Source: Bacteroidales bacterium
GTDB taxonomy: Bacteria > Bacteroidota > Bacteroidia > Bacteroidales > UBA932
Direction: 5' to 3'
DNA length: 64,000 nucleotides
NCBI GenBank assembly: GCA_017455065.1
Contig: JAFTBU010000010.1
Location: forward strand, 31,028 to 95,027
The notes below the pieces were generated by a model. It saw only the letters and a program-made list of their open reading frames with translations, was not told where the DNA came from and ran no database searches. Made by a program: the position numbers and the translations under genes. Shown piece after piece: positions 47,668 to 58,387 of the stretch (position 1 is the stretch's first letter; every line of letters starts with the position of its first letter).

Positions 47668-48555
47668 ATGCACTTATTCGAACCAGTACCCAAATTCCTG
47701 GTTTCAAAGGAAACCCTGGTGTCCACCGTGATGTTCACGGCGATATTCTCCATCGTGTTCCTGCTGGCCTGCCTCCCCACTTCCGACAACGTATGGCTGA
47801 CGATAGAGCCGGGCCTGGCCCTGCTCTTCACGGCGTCTTTCTTCCTGATCTGCCTGCTGGTCATCATCTTCAGCAGTTTCCTGATGATAAGGTTCGGGAA
47901 ATATATGGTCAAGACCCTCTTCCACTATGTACTGTGGTGCGTCGTGGAGATCCTGGTCATATGCTCCCTCTACTCCTTCTTCACGCTGGAGGCCGATGCG
48001 GCCGGCCTGATCAATCTGGAGGACGGCAAGGGTTTCGGCGCCCTGATGATGGAATCCCTGGTGTATGTGACCATCTCGATAGGCGTGCCTTACTGTATCT
48101 GCGGCCTTTATTTCGCCATAGACGAGAAGAATGACACCATCATCCGTCTGATGAATTACGGCGAGGTCGTCAGTGATGTCAACGTGGCTCCCCTGGAGCA
48201 GAAGAGGATCACCCTTTTCGACAACAACGGAGTGATGAAACTGTCTGTGAACCTGTCCAATCTCTACTACATAGAGTCGGACGACAACTATATCAAAGTC
48301 TGGTACGAGGATTCCGGCGGAGACCTCAAGCAGTATATGCTCCGCTGCCGCCTGAAGACGGTGGAGGAGAGTTTCTCCGAGGAGAACGAACTGGTCAGGT
48401 GCCATCGCAAATACATGGTGAACATGACCAAGGTGAAGATCCTCAGGAAGGAGAAGGAGGGATACTGCCTCCAGCTCGAACTGGATTCCGTGGACCAGAT
48501 ACCAGTCTCGAAAACCTACGAGGAGCGCGTCCTCGCTCTCTTCAATTCCAGGTAA
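47668..48555 (+). CDS. Membrane-anchored LytTR-domain transcriptional regulator
   Basis: 4 TM helices followed by LYYIESDDNYIKV and LVRCHRKYMVN (LytTR). Confidence 0.88.
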   Translation: MHLFEPVPKFLVSKETLVSTVMFTAIFSIVFLLACLPTSDNVWLTIEPGLALLFTASFFLICLLVIIFSSFLMIRFGKYMVKTLFHYVLWCVVEILVICSLYSFFTLEADAAGLINLEDGKGFGALMMESLVYVTISIGVPYCICGLYFAIDEKNDTIIRLMNYGEVVSDVNVAPLEQKRITLFDNNGVMKLSVNLSNLYYIESDDNYIKVWYEDSGGDLKQYMLRCRLKTVEESFSEENELVRCHRKYMVNMTKVKILRKEKEGYCLQLELDSVDQIPVSKTYEERVLALFNSR

Positions 48556-48559
48556 TATC

Positions 48560-48973
48560 ATGTGGCAAAGAGTACAAACCTTGTATCTGGCTATATCCAC
48601 CGTGCTGATCGCCCTGCTTTTCTTCCTTGAAAAGGCCGACGGCATCAAGTACACGGTATATCTGCCTTATCTCATCCTTATCATCATCATTTCCATCCTG
48701 AATCTGCTGGCCCTCACCACCTGGACCCACAGGGTGTTCCAGATGCGCACCGCGGTGCTCGCCGCCCTGCTGACCCTGGCCTTGCAGATATGGCTTGCCG
48801 TGGATTACTTCACGGCCGACAGCTCCGTGGTCTTCCATGTGTCGGCGATATTCCCCCTGGTGGCGGTCATCTTCGACGCTCTGGCGGTACGCGGCATCAT
48901 GGCTGATGAACTCGTGGTGAGAAGCTCGGCACGTCTGCGCTCCTCCCGCGCCAAGAAGAAAAACACTAAATGA
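48560..48973 (+). CDS. DUF4293 family membrane protein
   Basis: MWQRVQTLYL start and GIMADELVVRSSARLR end. Confidence 0.8.
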   Translation: MWQRVQTLYLAISTVLIALLFFLEKADGIKYTVYLPYLILIIIISILNLLALTTWTHRVFQMRTAVLAALLTLALQIWLAVDYFTADSSVVFHVSAIFPLVAVIFDALAVRGIMADELVVRSSARLRSSRAKKKNTK

Positions 48974-49851
48974 CAACCGATATGAGAATTCCTGAATCAG
49001 AACTTATCATCAACTCGGACGGCTCGGCATTCCATCTCCACATCAAACCCGAGCATCTCGCCGACAACATCATATTGGTGGGAGATCCCGGCAGGGTGGA
49101 AATGTTCTCTCCGTATCTGACGGATATCGAGAGCAGGACGGCATCCAGGGAGTTTGTGTCCGTGACCGGCAAATACCGAGGCAAGAGGATAACCGCCCTC
49201 TCCACGGGCATAGGCACTGACAACATCGACATAGTGATGACGGAGCTCGACGCCCTGGCCAACGTGGATTTCAAGACCCGTGAGGTGCGTCCCGAGCACA
49301 GGACTCTCACCGTCCTCAGGATAGGCACCACCGGCGCCATACAGCCCGACATCCCTCTCGGATCATTCATCTTCTCACATATTTCCGTGGGTTGCGACGG
49401 CCTGCTGAACTGGTATGCCGACAGGGACAAGATCGTCCTGCCCGGCTTCGAGGAGGCTTTCAAGAAGCATTGCAATTGGAATGTCCATCTGCCCGACCCT
49501 TATTTCGTGAAGGCCGACGAGGAGCTGGCCAAGCGCTTCGAGGATTGCACCGTCAAGGGTATGACCATAGCCGCATCCGGCTTCTACGGTCCTCAGGGCA
49601 GGGTGGTGAGACTCCATCTCGCCATGCCTGACATGCTCAAGGACTTCGAGACCTTCTCCTACGAAGGCTACAGGATCACCAATTTCGAGATGGAAGGTTC
49701 GGCTCTCGCGGGACTTGCCGCACAGCTCGGGCACAAAGCCGGCACCGTGTGCTGCGTCATTGCCAACCGCTATCTGAAAGACGCCAATACCGACTACAAG
49801 GCCAAGGTGGCCGAACTCGTGAAACTGGCGCTGGACAAGCTTACCGACTGA
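48970..49851 (+). CDS. Nucleoside (uridine) phosphorylase family
   Basis: FHLHIKP, VGDPGRV, STGIGTDN, RIGTTG, GFYGPQGR and NFEME. Confidence 0.9.
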   Translation: MTTDMRIPESELIINSDGSAFHLHIKPEHLADNIILVGDPGRVEMFSPYLTDIESRTASREFVSVTGKYRGKRITALSTGIGTDNIDIVMTELDALANVDFKTREVRPEHRTLTVLRIGTTGAIQPDIPLGSFIFSHISVGCDGLLNWYADRDKIVLPGFEEAFKKHCNWNVHLPDPYFVKADEELAKRFEDCTVKGMTIAASGFYGPQGRVVRLHLAMPDMLKDFETFSYEGYRITNFEMEGSALAGLAAQLGHKAGTVCCVIANRYLKDANTDYKAKVAELVKLALDKLTD

Positions 49852-49853
49852 CC

Positions 49854-50807
49854 CTACTTGTAAAGGTCGTCGACCCCGGCCGTGCTCCATTCGGGCTTAG
49901 GAATGTCGGGATCATCTATGAGGGCATCGACTATACGTCTGGTGCCCTCTGTTACGTTTGTTTCGAGGAAACGGAAGACCTCTTCGTCCGCCCAGCGGAA
50001 GTACAATATCGAGATCTCATGCCCGCGGTCCTGGTAGCGGTAAACGTTGTAATTGTACCCGCCCTTCTCCAGCACGGGGACGATGACGCTGGTGCCGGCG
50101 AAACGGGTCTTGAGGGCCGATATCTGCTTGTAGGTGACCAATTTGTCGGCGGTGCCGTGGAAGAGGAGCATGGGGGCGGGAGTCTTTGCGAACTTGATAG
50201 CACCGTCCCTGGAAAGGATGGCGCCGGAGAATGAGATCACGCCGGCATAGTTGAAGCCTTCGGGCAATACTGCGGCGCTTTGCCTCGAATTGCAGATGTC
50301 ATATTCCGCCTGCAGGCAGGTTATCGCACCCGCCGAAGACCCGCTGATCACGAGGTTGGAGGGATCGATGCCGAGTTCGGCCTGGTTGTCGATGATGTAC
50401 AGGGTGGCGCTGAAAAGATCGTCCACAGCCATGTGGATGGCGTCATCCAGCAGATCCACCTGGCCTATCCCCATCTTGGTGGCGTCCTTGAGTCCGAGCC
50501 TGTAGTCTATGGCGATGATCCTGTATCCCGCCTTGGTCATGCGGTCGAACCACAGGACCGTGCTCTTTTCGTTCCTGGACCCATCCTTGAAACCGCCGCC
50601 GAAGATGAATATCACCGAGGGCTTGGCTTTGCCCTTGATCTCGGTGACGCTGCCTTCAGCGGGCTCGTAAATGTCCATGTACAGGTCCTGCCCGTCCTTG
50701 GTGGCGAAGAGATAGGTGCCTGAAGGCTCGGGGAATGCGGACTCCTGTGCGCTGGAGGCCAGACAGAAGGAAACGATGGCGATCGAGATGAGGAATATCT
50801 TTTTCAT
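49854..50807 (-). CDS. Secreted alpha/beta hydrolase (carboxylesterase-like)
   Basis: Signal peptide, IFGGGF oxyanion motif, GSSAG nucleophile, HGTAD and GHE. Confidence 0.88.
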   Translation of the reverse strand: MKKIFLISIAIVSFCLASSAQESAFPEPSGTYLFATKDGQDLYMDIYEPAEGSVTEIKGKAKPSVIFIFGGGFKDGSRNEKSTVLWFDRMTKAGYRIIAIDYRLGLKDATKMGIGQVDLLDDAIHMAVDDLFSATLYIIDNQAELGIDPSNLVISGSSAGAITCLQAEYDICNSRQSAAVLPEGFNYAGVISFSGAILSRDGAIKFAKTPAPMLLFHGTADKLVTYKQISALKTRFAGTSVIVPVLEKGGYNYNVYRYQDRGHEISILYFRWADEEVFRFLETNVTEGTRRIVDALIDDPDIPKPEWSTAGVDDLYK

Positions 50808-50808
50808 G

Positions 50809-51339
50809 TCAACTGTAGATTTTGTCGTTTTGCTTGTATAGTTCGAAGAATTTGTCGGAGACGGCCTTGCGGAAACGGTCCTGGCGCTCCGACTCCTTGC
50901 GCTCCCAGACCGTCTTCAGGGCGTCCGCGATGCGGTCCCGGTCCACTCCGGCCTGCCTGAGGAATCCGCTGGCGAGGCTATCGCCGTGCCTTGCGATGGC
51001 CATCAGCAGATGGGAGGAGTCGGCCTTGTCCCTTCCTGCCGCGGAAGCCTCCAGGATGGAGATGTTCAGCACATCCCTGGAAGCCCGGGAAAAGATCACG
51101 AGCTCCGCTTCGGAGTAGGAGATGGCGTCCTTGCGGTACAATTGGGACTCTATGAAGTGTTTCAGCTCCTCCCGGCTCACTCCGGAGATGTCCAGGGCTT
51201 CGCAGGCGTCGTTTTCGCAATGCCGCAGCAGCCCGAGGGCCAGGTGGTCGGGGAGTATGGCCATGCTGCCCGTGCGCATGGCCTCGTCCCGGGCATACGC
51301 AAGGATCTTGTCAAGTTCTTCTGAAAAAACGATTTGCAT
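50809..51339 (-). CDS. Stand-alone Clp protease N-terminal domain protein (two Clp repeats, no AAA+)
   Basis: FSEELDKILAYARDEAMR...PDHLALGLL and a second repeat LEASAAG...SSHLLMAI; stops after 176 aa. Confidence 0.82.
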   Translation of the reverse strand: MQIVFSEELDKILAYARDEAMRTGSMAILPDHLALGLLRHCENDACEALDISGVSREELKHFIESQLYRKDAISYSEAELVIFSRASRDVLNISILEASAAGRDKADSSHLLMAIARHGDSLASGFLRQAGVDRDRIADALKTVWERKESERQDRFRKAVSDKFFELYKQNDKIYS

Positions 51340-51355
51340 GGCACTTTGGTATACG

Positions 51356-51417
51356 CAAAAGTAGCAATAAAAACGGGTAAAAGAAATTTGAACTCGCGAT
51401 AATTTTTATTAATTTTG
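51356..51417. promoter_or_regulatory. Divergent -7 elements (TACTTTTG on -, 51356-51363; TAATTTTG on +, 51410-51417)
   Basis: TAnnTTTG matches facing the Clp-N gene and gyrA. Confidence 0.55.
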
Positions 51418-51451
51418 CATGTTTATAAACATATGATTTTACTAGAAGAAA

Positions 51452-53980
51452 ATGATAGAAGAAGAGGTTAAGGAATCCGAGGGAATTCACGGTATCATAG
51501 AGCCGGTCGAGATCGACCATGAAATGCGTACGGCTTACATCGATTACTCGATGTCAGTCATCGTTTCCAGGGCGCTTCCCGACGCCAGGGACGGACTCAA
51601 ACCTGTACAGAGGCGAGTCCTTTTCGGCATGGACGGCCTCGGACTCAATTACGGAGGGCAGACCAAGAAATCAGCGAGGATCGTAGGTGAGGTGCTGGGT
51701 AAATTCCACCCTCACGGAGATTCCAGCGTATATGACGCCATGGCTCGTCTCGCGCAGCCCTGGAACCAGAGATATCCCCTGGTCTACGGTCAGGGTAACT
51801 TCGGTTCCATGGACGGCGACCCCGTCGCAGCCATGCGATACACCGAAGCCAAGCTTCAGAGGATGACAGAGGACGTGCTCGGTGACCTGGACAAGGACAC
51901 CGTGGACTTCCAGCTGAACTTCGACGACACCATCCCCGAGCCGACGGTGCTCCCCACCAAGGCTCCTCTGCTGCTGCTTAACGGATCGTCCGGTATCGCC
52001 GTGGGTATGGCCACCAACATGGCTCCCCACAATCTCGGCGAGTGCTGTGACGCCATCTGCGCCTACATCGACAATCCCGACATCAGCGTCGAGGATCTCA
52101 TGCAGTATATCAAGGGCCCCGATTTCCCCACCGGAGGCATCATCCAGGGCCGCCAGGGCATCATCGACGCCTACACCACCGGCCGCGGCAGGGTGGTGGT
52201 CCGCGCCAAGACCGAGATCGAAGAGGCCGAGAACGGCCGCGAGGTCATCGTCGTCACCGAGATTCCCTACATGGTGAACAAGAGCGACATGATCAAGCGT
52301 ATAGGCGAGATGGTGGAGGACAAGAGGATAGAGGGCATCGCCGATATCCGCGACCTCTCCGCCAAGGGCGAGGTCCGCATAGAGTTCATCCCCAAGCGGG
52401 ACGCCAACTCCAACGTGCTCCTGAACACCCTGTTCAAGTACACTCCTCTCCAGTCCAGTTTCGCCATAAACAACGTGGCGCTCGTGGGCGGCCGTCCCCG
52501 CACCCTCAACCTGAAGGACATGCTCAAGTGCTTCGTGGAGTTCCGCCACGAAGTGGTGCTCCGCAGGACCCGTTTCGAGCTGGACCAGGCCCAGAAGAAG
52601 GCCCACATCCTCGAAGGTCTGCTCAAGGCCATCGACGTTATAGACGAGATCATTGCCATCATCAAGGCCAGCAAGAGCGTTGATGACGCCAAGGCCGAGC
52701 TCATCGCCACCTTCGGCTTTTCGGAGATCCAGGCGGGAGCCATCGTCGAGATGCGCCTCCGGCAGCTCACCGGCATGGAGAAGGAGAAACTCCAGGCCCA
52801 GTACGACGAACTCGAGAAATTCATCGCCCGTTGCCAGGAGATCCTGGGCAGCGAGGCCGAGCAGTACAATATCATCAAGCAGGAATCCATCTCCCTCAAG
52901 GAGAAGTACGGCGACGAGCGCCGCACCGAGATCGCCATGTCCGCCGAGGACTTCAATCCCGAAGATTTCTACGCCGATGACGACGTGGTCATCACCATCT
53001 CCCACCTGGGCTACATCAAGAGGACCCTGCTCACCGAGTTCCGCACTCAGAACCGCGGCGGCGTGGGCATGAAGGGCGGAGCCACCAGGGACGAGGACTT
53101 CATCGAGCACATATACGTGGCCAATATGCACTCCACCATGCTCTTCTTCACCCAGAAGGGCATGTGCTACAGGCTCAAGGTCTACGAGCTGCCCGAAGGC
53201 ACCCGCGCCTCCAAGGGCAGGGCTGTCCAGAACCTCCTCTCCATCGAGGCGGACGACAGTATCAAGACTTATCTCACCGCCCGTTCCATCGAGGATCCCG
53301 AGTACACCGACAGCCACTTCGTGACCCTCGTTTCCAAGAACGGTATCATCAAGAAGACCACCCTTACAGAATACGCCAACAAACGCAGCCGCAACAAGGG
53401 TATCATAGCCCTGACCATCAAGGACGGCGACGAGCTGCTGGACGCAGTGCTGACCAACGGGCAGGAGCAGATCATGATCGCCACCCGCGGCGGACGTTGC
53501 GTAAGGTTCTGGGAATCAGACGTAAGAGCCCTCGGCAGGAGCGCCTCCGGCGTTCGTGGCATCAATCTTGCTTCTGATGATGAGGCAATAGGAGTAATCA
53601 CTTACGATCCCACTGCGGAAGACGCTCCTGAGCACTCGGTGCTCGTCGTCAGCGAAAACGGCTTCGGCAAACGTTCGGATCCCGAGGATTACAGACTTAC
53701 AGGCAGAGGCGGAAAGGGCGTGAAGACATTGAATATTACTGACAAGACGGGACAGGTGGTGGCCATAAAGAATGTCACTGAGGCGAACGACCTGATGATC
53801 ATCAACCGTTCGGGTCTGACCATCAGGATGTCGGTGACCGACATCAGGGTGGCCGGCCGTGCGACCCAGGGCGTGAAACTCATCAACCTGCGCGAAGGAG
53901 ATTCCATCGCAGCCGTCTCGGCAGTAGCTAAGAATGAAACTGAAGAAACACAGGATACTCAGGAAGAAACAACTAATTAA
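51452..53980 (+). CDS. gyrA: DNA gyrase subunit A
   Basis: [24 protein letters not shown] catalytic Tyr and GyrA-box QNRGGVG. Confidence 0.97.
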   Translation: MIEEEVKESEGIHGIIEPVEIDHEMRTAYIDYSMSVIVSRALPDARDGLKPVQRRVLFGMDGLGLNYGGQTKKSARIVGEVLGKFHPHGDSSVYDAMARLAQPWNQRYPLVYGQGNFGSMDGDPVAAMRYTEAKLQRMTEDVLGDLDKDTVDFQLNFDDTIPEPTVLPTKAPLLLLNGSSGIAVGMATNMAPHNLGECCDAICAYIDNPDISVEDLMQYIKGPDFPTGGIIQGRQGIIDAYTTGRGRVVVRAKTEIEEAENGREVIVVTEIPYMVNKSDMIKRIGEMVEDKRIEGIADIRDLSAKGEVRIEFIPKRDANSNVLLNTLFKYTPLQSSFAINNVALVGGRPRTLNLKDMLKCFVEFRHEVVLRRTRFELDQAQKKAHILEGLLKAIDVIDEIIAIIKASKSVDDAKAELIATFGFSEIQAGAIVEMRLRQLTGMEKEKLQAQYDELEKFIARCQEILGSEAEQYNIIKQESISLKEKYGDERRTEIAMSAEDFNPEDFYADDDVVITISHLGYIKRTLLTEFRTQNRGGVGMKGGATRDEDFIEHIYVANMHSTMLFFTQKGMCYRLKVYELPEGTRASKGRAVQNLLSIEADDSIKTYLTARSIEDPEYTDSHFVTLVSKNGIIKKTTLTEYANKRSRNKGIIALTIKDGDELLDAVLTNGQEQIMIATRGGRCVRFWESDVRALGRSASGVRGINLASDDEAIGVITYDPTAEDAPEHSVLVVSENGFGKRSDPEDYRLTGRGGKGVKTLNITDKTGQVVAIKNVTEANDLMIINRSGLTIRMSVTDIRVAGRATQGVKLINLREGDSIAAVSAVAKNETEETQDTQEETTN

Positions 53981-53991
53981 TTTTTAACGAT

Positions 53992-55311
53992 ATGAAAAGA
54001 ATTATTTTGGCATTGGCCCTCATCGCTTCCCTGCAGATAGCAGGAGCGCAGGATATGGTTAGGAAGGCGGCTTCCGCAGTCAAAGCCCTTGAGTCTGCCA
54101 AGACAGATGCAGCCAATCCTAAGAAGAACACCAAACTTGCTACCTGGACCAAACTCGGCCAGGCGTACATGAACGCTTACAACGCTCCTCTCGGAAGCGG
54201 CTGGATCGGCGCTCCCAAGTCCGACCTCGACGTCCTCATGTCCAATGAGAGAGCTTCCGCTACCGAAAGTGTCGTGGTGAACGGTACCAACTATACCAAG
54301 GTCAGCTATTCCAACAGCAACTACTATTTCAATGATGGTGGCAACCTCTCCATCATCGAGATCACCAAGCCCGTATGCGAGGACCCTCTGGAGAACGCTC
54401 TCGAGGCTTACAAGAAGGCTGCCGAGCTGGATGTGAAGGGACAGAAGACCAAGGACATCTCCGCCGCCATCGGTGAGATCGCCAAGGCTATGGAGACCGA
54501 GGCTTATGCCGCCTACTCTCTCGGAAAGCTCGACAAGGCTGCCGAAATGTTCGAGGAAGCGGCTGAGGCTTCCGCCACCGCTCCTTTCTCCACCCCCAAC
54601 AACCAGGCTCTGTACTATGCAGGTGTCGTTTCCTCCAATCTCGGCAATTTCGAGAAGACCAAGGAGATCATGACCAAGTGCCTCGCCAATGGTTACAAGG
54701 GTGACGACGGTGACGTCTACGCCAAACTCGCAGAGGCTTATGACAAGCTCGGCGACAAGGATTCAAGCAAGAAATTCCTTGAGGAAGGTTTCCAGGCATA
54801 CCCTCAGAGCCAGGGCATCCTGATCGGCCTCATCAACTACTACATGAACAACAACGAGGATCCCGCCCAGCTCTTCTCCCTGCTTGACAAAGCAAAGGCC
54901 AACGAGCCCAACAACGCTTCCCTGTACTATGTGGAGGGCAACATCCGCAAGCAGCTCGGTGACGTCGAGGCAGCTGCTGCCGCCTATGACAAGAGCGTCG
55001 AGATCAACCCCGACTATGAGTTCGGTTATATCGGAAAGGGCCTTCTCTTCTACGAGAACGCAGTGAAGCTCTCCGAGCAGGCTCAGAATGAGCTTGACGA
55101 TGCCAAGTATCTCAAACTCGCCGAGGCTTTCGAGAAATCCCTCAAGGATTGCATCGCACCTTTCGAGAAGGCATTCGAGATCACCAAGGACAACGAAATC
55201 AAGGCCAGCGTCGCTGAGTACCTGAAGAACGCATGCTTCCGCTTCCGCAGCGATCCTGAGTATCAGGCAAAGCACGACAAGTACGCTGAGTTCGCAGCTT
55301 CTGTTCAGTAG
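53992..55311 (+). CDS. Exported tetratricopeptide-repeat protein
   Basis: Signal peptide and repeated helical TPR-like motifs; usual position downstream of gyrA in Bacteroidales. Confidence 0.82.
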   Translation: MKRIILALALIASLQIAGAQDMVRKAASAVKALESAKTDAANPKKNTKLATWTKLGQAYMNAYNAPLGSGWIGAPKSDLDVLMSNERASATESVVVNGTNYTKVSYSNSNYYFNDGGNLSIIEITKPVCEDPLENALEAYKKAAELDVKGQKTKDISAAIGEIAKAMETEAYAAYSLGKLDKAAEMFEEAAEASATAPFSTPNNQALYYAGVVSSNLGNFEKTKEIMTKCLANGYKGDDGDVYAKLAEAYDKLGDKDSSKKFLEEGFQAYPQSQGILIGLINYYMNNNEDPAQLFSLLDKAKANEPNNASLYYVEGNIRKQLGDVEAAAAAYDKSVEINPDYEFGYIGKGLLFYENAVKLSEQAQNELDDAKYLKLAEAFEKSLKDCIAPFEKAFEITKDNEIKASVAEYLKNACFRFRSDPEYQAKHDKYAEFAASVQ

Positions 55312-56414
55312 CCTATGCCGGTGACGCGCTTGACACGCGCAAGCGTCTCGAGCATGTTGTCGAAATCACTTACGGTGGACCACTCGTCACGACGGGTGGT
55401 CCATTCTTTTATGGAGATGGTGGAATAATTGTCCGTCAGCATGCCGGGCAGGGTGCACCAGAGGAAGTCCAGATCGGGCTTGAGCAGGGTCACTTCCCCG
55501 GTGGTGCGGTCCTTGACCACGGTCAGGGTCACCGCAAGTTCCAGCCTGGTGTTTATGGCGCTCATGTTGGAGATGGCATTGCCCAGGGAATAGATTACGG
55601 GCACCCCGTAGATCGAAGTCGTGTCCTGGACCACATGGGGGTGCGATCCGACCACCGCGCCGGCGCCTTCCCTGACCATCCAGCGGGCCCAGTCCTCCTG
55701 TGAGGCATTGTGCAGGAGCCGGTACTCTTCGCCCCAATGGGGAAGCGCGAGTATGAAATCGGCCCCGCTTTCCCGGGCCTTCCTGAACGCATCACCTACT
55801 TCCTTCCTGTCCATCCTGAAAAGGGCGGGCCACCTTCCGCTGGAGCCGTAGTTGGAGCCGTAGCTGAAATTGATGATGGCGATCTTTATGCCCTTGCGCC
55901 TGAGTATCAGAGGGTTGAGTCGGGAATAAGCGGCCGTGTCAGCAGCGGCGCCGGTGTACTCCACCCCGCGGCGCTCCCTTATCCCGTCATATACTTCCAG
56001 GGTGCGCACCAATCCGGCGTCGCCCCTGTCCAGGACATGGTTGTTGCCCAGCAGGAAGACGTCGGTGCCGCAGTCGGCGAGGTACTCCGCATAGCCGTCG
56101 GGGGTGCTGAAGGCGGGATAGCCGGTGTAGGGCTTCCCGGCGAGGGGGAACTCCATATTGGCAATGCAGAGGTCGGCGGACTGCATGGCAGGGGCCATGT
56201 GCTGCAGGAATGCGTGGTAGTCGTATTCGAGCTGGCGCGAATGCATCATCACATCGCCCAGCAGATATATCCTCACGGTGTCGGTGGTGGGGATGAAAGA
56301 GGCCCTCGGGAGGGAAGTGCTGATCTTGGGGGAAACACGTCTCGGCTGCGCTCCTGCATGGATGAAGCAGGAGAAAAGCAGAAGTAAAGGTATCAAGGGA
56401 CGCAGTCGCATCAT
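55305..56414 (-). CDS. CapA family metallophosphatase (PGA_cap)
   Basis: GDVMMH, NMEFP, GNNHVLD, PHWGEEY, GSHPHV and YSLGN. Start placed at ATG 56414 because the TTG at 56435 lies within a -7 element. Confidence 0.88.
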   Translation of the reverse strand: MMRLRPLIPLLLLFSCFIHAGAQPRRVSPKISTSLPRASFIPTTDTVRIYLLGDVMMHSRQLEYDYHAFLQHMAPAMQSADLCIANMEFPLAGKPYTGYPAFSTPDGYAEYLADCGTDVFLLGNNHVLDRGDAGLVRTLEVYDGIRERRGVEYTGAAADTAAYSRLNPLILRRKGIKIAIINFSYGSNYGSSGRWPALFRMDRKEVGDAFRKARESGADFILALPHWGEEYRLLHNASQEDWARWMVREGAGAVVGSHPHVVQDTTSIYGVPVIYSLGNAISNMSAINTRLELAVTLTVVKDRTTGEVTLLKPDLDFLWCTLPGMLTDNYSTISIKEWTTRRDEWSTVSDFDNMLETLARVKRVTGIGY

Positions 56415-56432
56415 GTATTGTCGCAGGTATTG

Positions 56433-56482
56433 CAAATATACATCTAATATTTTTGTCCCGGCGGATTAAATCGTTAAATTTG
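56433..56482. promoter_or_regulatory. Divergent -7 elements (TATATTTG on -, 56433-56440; TAAATTTG on +, 56475-56482)
   Basis: Two TAnnTTTG matches. Confidence 0.6.
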
Positions 56483-56488
56483 CAGGTT

Positions 56489-57067
56489 ATGAGAAAGATA
56501 ATAGCAATAATGGCGATAGCTCTGCCGGCACTCTTGCTGACAGGCTGCGACTTCATGCGTAACCTGGCGGGACGTCCCACTTCCACAGACATCACCGCCA
56601 AGAAGATACTTATCGAGCAGAAACAGAGAGCCGAGGCTGAGCAGGCCCTGCTAGCCGAGATCCCTGCCGAGGCCGCGGAACCCGTGGCCACCGTACCTGC
56701 CCAGGACGTCCCTGAAGAGGCGCCCAAGAGCGGCAGGGTGGTGGACGACCCCGAGATCCTGTCCTCCCTCATGGCGGAGGGAGTGCTGGTCAAGAAGGCC
56801 TCCACGCTCAAATCCTTCCCCTCCTCGCAGGTGGAGACCAAGTACTGCATAATCGTGGGTGCTTTCGGAGTCAAGGACAACGCCGACAAGGTCGCTGCCG
56901 CCGCCACCAAGGCGGGATTCAAGGCCGTGGAGCTCAATTATCGCAGCGGTATGGTAGGAGTCGGCATAATCCCCTCCAACAACATCGTCGAGGTATACAA
57001 TTTGTTTCAGAAAGCGAAGGGTGAGTCCTTCTGTCCCAAGGACGCCTGGCTTTTCGTGAAAGACTGA
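56489..57067 (+). CDS. Lipoprotein with probable SPOR-like C-terminal domain
   Basis: LTGC lipobox; KYCIIVGAFGVKDNA resembles a SPOR beta1-alpha1 motif. Confidence 0.65.
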   Translation: MRKIIAIMAIALPALLLTGCDFMRNLAGRPTSTDITAKKILIEQKQRAEAEQALLAEIPAEAAEPVATVPAQDVPEEAPKSGRVVDDPEILSSLMAEGVLVKKASTLKSFPSSQVETKYCIIVGAFGVKDNADKVAAAATKAGFKAVELNYRSGMVGVGIIPSNNIVEVYNLFQKAKGESFCPKDAWLFVKD

Positions 57068-58386
57068 TGAAAAAGACTGCAACTATCCTCCTTTTCCTGG
57101 CCTGTACGCTGGCGGCTCATGCCCAGTACAGCGGCTCGTACCAGGAACTGTATGACAGCGAAGCTGTGGCCGGCATGAAAGAGCATGCCGGTTTCTTCGC
57201 TTCAGCCGCCCTCGAGGGCCGCAAAGCCGGCTCGGAAGGCGAGAAGGAAGCTGCGGTATATTTCGCTGAAGTCCTGGAAAGCTACGGCGTCGACTTGCTG
57301 TACGGTCAGGAAGGGGATGTCTTCGGACTCAAGCAGGAAAACGGCGACACCCTCACCTCCCGCAATGTCATCGGTTTCATCCCGGGCTACGACCGGGAGC
57401 TGCGGAACCATTACATTGTCATAGCTGCCAGGCTTGACAATATGGGCACCTACAGCGTATCGGTCAACGGCGAGCCCCAGGAGCACATTTACTACGGCGG
57501 CAACGGCAACGCCTCCGGCCTTGCCATGCTGCTCGAGCTCGCCCGCATGCTGCAGACCAACAAAGTGCTGCTCCGCCGCTCCGTCATCATCGCCGCCTTC
57601 GGCTCTTCCCTCGAGGGCTGCGCCGGTTCGTGGTATTTCCTGAACCGCTCCTTCGGGGACGTCGCGAACATCGATGCCATGATAAACCTGGACATGGTGG
57701 GTACCGGGTCGAACGGTTTCTACGGCTTCTCCGCTTCCAATGCGGATATGAACCAGATCGCGGTGGCGCTTTCGTCCACCCTCCAGCCCATACAGCCCCG
57801 GATAGTCGCAGGCGAGCCGGTGAGCTCCGACCACAGGATGTTCTACGACAAGCAGATCCCCTCAATGTTCTTCACCACCGGGATGTATCCTGAATACAAC
57901 ACCGACAAGGACAGGGCTTCGATATTGGAGTACGATATCATGGAGAAAGAACTCGAGTACATCTACAACTACTCCGTCTCTCTGATAAACGGCCTGAAGC
58001 CCGTCTTCAATCCGGGCGAGGCCATGGAAGACGAGAAGGCTGTGGACAAGGTGTTCCCTTACTACGAGTGCGACGTCAAACCTTCTTTCCTGGGTAGCAG
58101 CGACCCCTCCGTGTTCCTGGAGAAATGGGTCTATGTGTATATGAAATATCCTGACGAAGCTGTCAGGAACGGTATCCAGGGCAGGGTGCTCGTGGATTTC
58201 ATCATAGACGAGAAAGGCGACGTGCAGAACGCCAGGGTGCTCCGCGGAGTGGACCCTCTGCTGGATGAAGCCGCGCTGAAGGTGGTGAACGCGTCCCCGA
58301 GGTGGAGACCCGCATACATGCGCGGCCGCAAGGTGAAGTCGGAGATATCGATGTATATAGAATTCAGATTGGAAAAAAAGAAATAG
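57067..58386 (+). CDS. M28 peptidase-fold protein fused to a TonB C-terminal domain; metal ligands degenerate
   Basis: M28 scaffold ([31 protein letters not shown]) plus TonB_C ([25 protein letters not shown]). Confidence 0.85.
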   Translation: MKKTATILLFLACTLAAHAQYSGSYQELYDSEAVAGMKEHAGFFASAALEGRKAGSEGEKEAAVYFAEVLESYGVDLLYGQEGDVFGLKQENGDTLTSRNVIGFIPGYDRELRNHYIVIAARLDNMGTYSVSVNGEPQEHIYYGGNGNASGLAMLLELARMLQTNKVLLRRSVIIAAFGSSLEGCAGSWYFLNRSFGDVANIDAMINLDMVGTGSNGFYGFSASNADMNQIAVALSSTLQPIQPRIVAGEPVSSDHRMFYDKQIPSMFFTTGMYPEYNTDKDRASILEYDIMEKELEYIYNYSVSLINGLKPVFNPGEAMEDEKAVDKVFPYYECDVKPSFLGSSDPSVFLEKWVYVYMKYPDEAVRNGIQGRVLVDFIIDEKGDVQNARVLRGVDPLLDEAALKVVNASPRWRPAYMRGRKVKSEISMYIEFRLEKKK

Positions 58387-58387
58387 A

